Positions 62,745-64,000 of a DNA stretch of 64,000 nt are shown here, one piece after another; the first letter of the stretch is position 1, and each line of letters begins with the position of its first letter. Location of the stretch: the NCBI GenBank assembly GCA_013265495.1, contig MU063738.1:868001-932000 (forward strand), given 5' to 3'. Origin of the DNA: Vicugna vicugna. Its lineage: Eukaryota. Under the pieces are notes generated by a model. It made no database searches, was not told the origin of the DNA, and was given only the letters and a program-made list of their open reading frames with translations. The position numbers were made by a program, and so were the translations under genes.

Positions 62745-62775
62745 GGGCGGGGGGGGGGGGAAAGGGGGGGGGGGG
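62745..62775 (+). repeat. GGGC-G12-AAA-G12 homopolymer pair
   Basis: Directly visible in the sequence. Confidence 0.9.
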
Positions 62776-64000
62776 TTTCCACTTGAAAAGTTGCTGCGGT
62801 GTTTTGTGTTCTTTTTTTTAAGTTGAAGAAGGAACTAAAAGTGTTTCTAAGGATTGTTATGACTTGGACCAGAAAGATGAAGTGTTTACCACACTTCTCC
62901 GTTCTCCGTGGTCCCGAGACGCAGACCTGGTGGCTGGCTGCATCACAGAGAAGCTCTCCTTACCTCGTATCTGTTCCTCTCTCTTGCCAACAGCTACGTG
63001 ACACCTGCTGAGATCCGTGGATGGAAATACCAGGGAGAGAGGACTTCCATCGCAGAAGGGGATCTGCTGAAGGGCCAGGAGCCCTGTGCCAGGCTGGCTC
63101 CTGCAGCGCCCCAGCTGCGCACCCAGAGCCCCTCGCCCCTCCTGTGGGCCCTGACCTTTGTCTGTTGAGGGGAGGGCAGGGCGGGGCTGGGAGGGGAAGA
63201 GAGCCTTCTGACTCAGACATTCTAGTTTTTCTAAAGGCCAAGCCCTTGAAGAACTCGAAAGAACTTTCAAAGAAGAGGAAAGTGACACTGATGGAAAATG
63301 GAAAGATGAAACGAGACAAATTTTAAAAGACGGACAAGAGACTTTCCTGCTCCAGGCGATGGTTTTCCACTGGGCTCAAGCTCAGCGGATACCAGTGGCC
63401 TCGGGAGGGGCCCAGTTTGGGAAGGGAAGGAAAACCAGCAGTCCTGTTTTCAGTTTGCACAGGCCAGTCCTCCCCACGGAGATCCCAGAAAAGGCCCACG
63501 TGCTTTGGGTCGATCAGCCTCATAATGCATCAGGATTTGAGGTGGATAAAAGGGGGTGAAGGCAAATCAAACAATTCCCAAAGAATTAATGGGCACCAGA
63601 GTTGGGTAAGAGGCCTCTGGGTGGTACCTAAATTTTTCCAGTTGCATGAATTTGGCAAACATTTATGAAATGCCTGCTAAGCGCTGGGTGTCTTGCAGGA
63701 AGGCGTTCACAAGGGGGTGGAAACACAAAGCAGAGGGCGGGACCTGTACCCCAGCCCCGAGGGTTCAGACACATTTCTGGAGTTCCACCTGGAAAGCTCA
63801 GGAAAGAGACCCTAGAGGCTGGGGCACAGGTCACAAAGGCCTTGTGCACTCCTTGCTCCAGCTGCACCAGTGCCCCGCCCCCGACTGCGCAGGAGTGAGG
63901 AATCACCGGCTCTCTGACCGTCCAGGGAGTGAGCAGCACAGGCTGACTCAGGACCAGAGGCCCATCAAAAACTTCCCCCAGGAACCACCAGGGAGAGCAC

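Noticed and set aside
63230-63559. Acidic plus-strand peptide ALEELERTFKEEESDTDGKWKDE after an acceptor-like tract
   Set aside because: No donor or partner exon found; a purine-rich tract can give this by chance or from degraded L1.
1-64000. CRISPR arrays, tRNA/rRNA, miRNA/snoRNA hairpins, prokaryotic operons
   Set aside because: No regularly spaced direct repeats, cloverleafs or long clean hairpins were seen by eye; the sequence is intron-rich mammalian DNA. A covariance-model scan would be needed to exclude small RNAs.

Overview
GC-rich placental-mammal genomic DNA. No prokaryotic features, CRISPR arrays, rRNA or tRNA were seen. The L1 3'UTR style and the absence of Alu, B1, Bov-tA, PRE-1 and SINEC suggest a camelid (inference). 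Most of the window looks like the long 5' introns of one minus-strand gene that I cannot name. Its start-codon exon (8586-9321, ATG at 9283) encodes a 233-aa basic Ser/Pro/Arg-rich region with EB-binding-type SxIP motifs. That exon splices in phase to a 104-nt exon (4400-4503), producing VTATVAPFQYR|AQTD, which resembles a Neuron-navigator (NAV2/NAV3) motif as I recall it. The rest of the gene probably lies beyond the left edge. Upstream are several candidate 5'UTR or alternative first exons, an exact palindromic RFX X-box, a CTCF motif, GC-box clusters, and many old repeats (MIR, L2, L1M, MLT1) whose sequence is shifted toward G/C. Nearly all ORFs in the supplied track are GC-content artefacts. 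I found no convincing wholly new biological system; the best leads concern the identity and isoform structure of this gene. Repeat boundaries and subfamily names are approximate and come from recalled consensus sequences.
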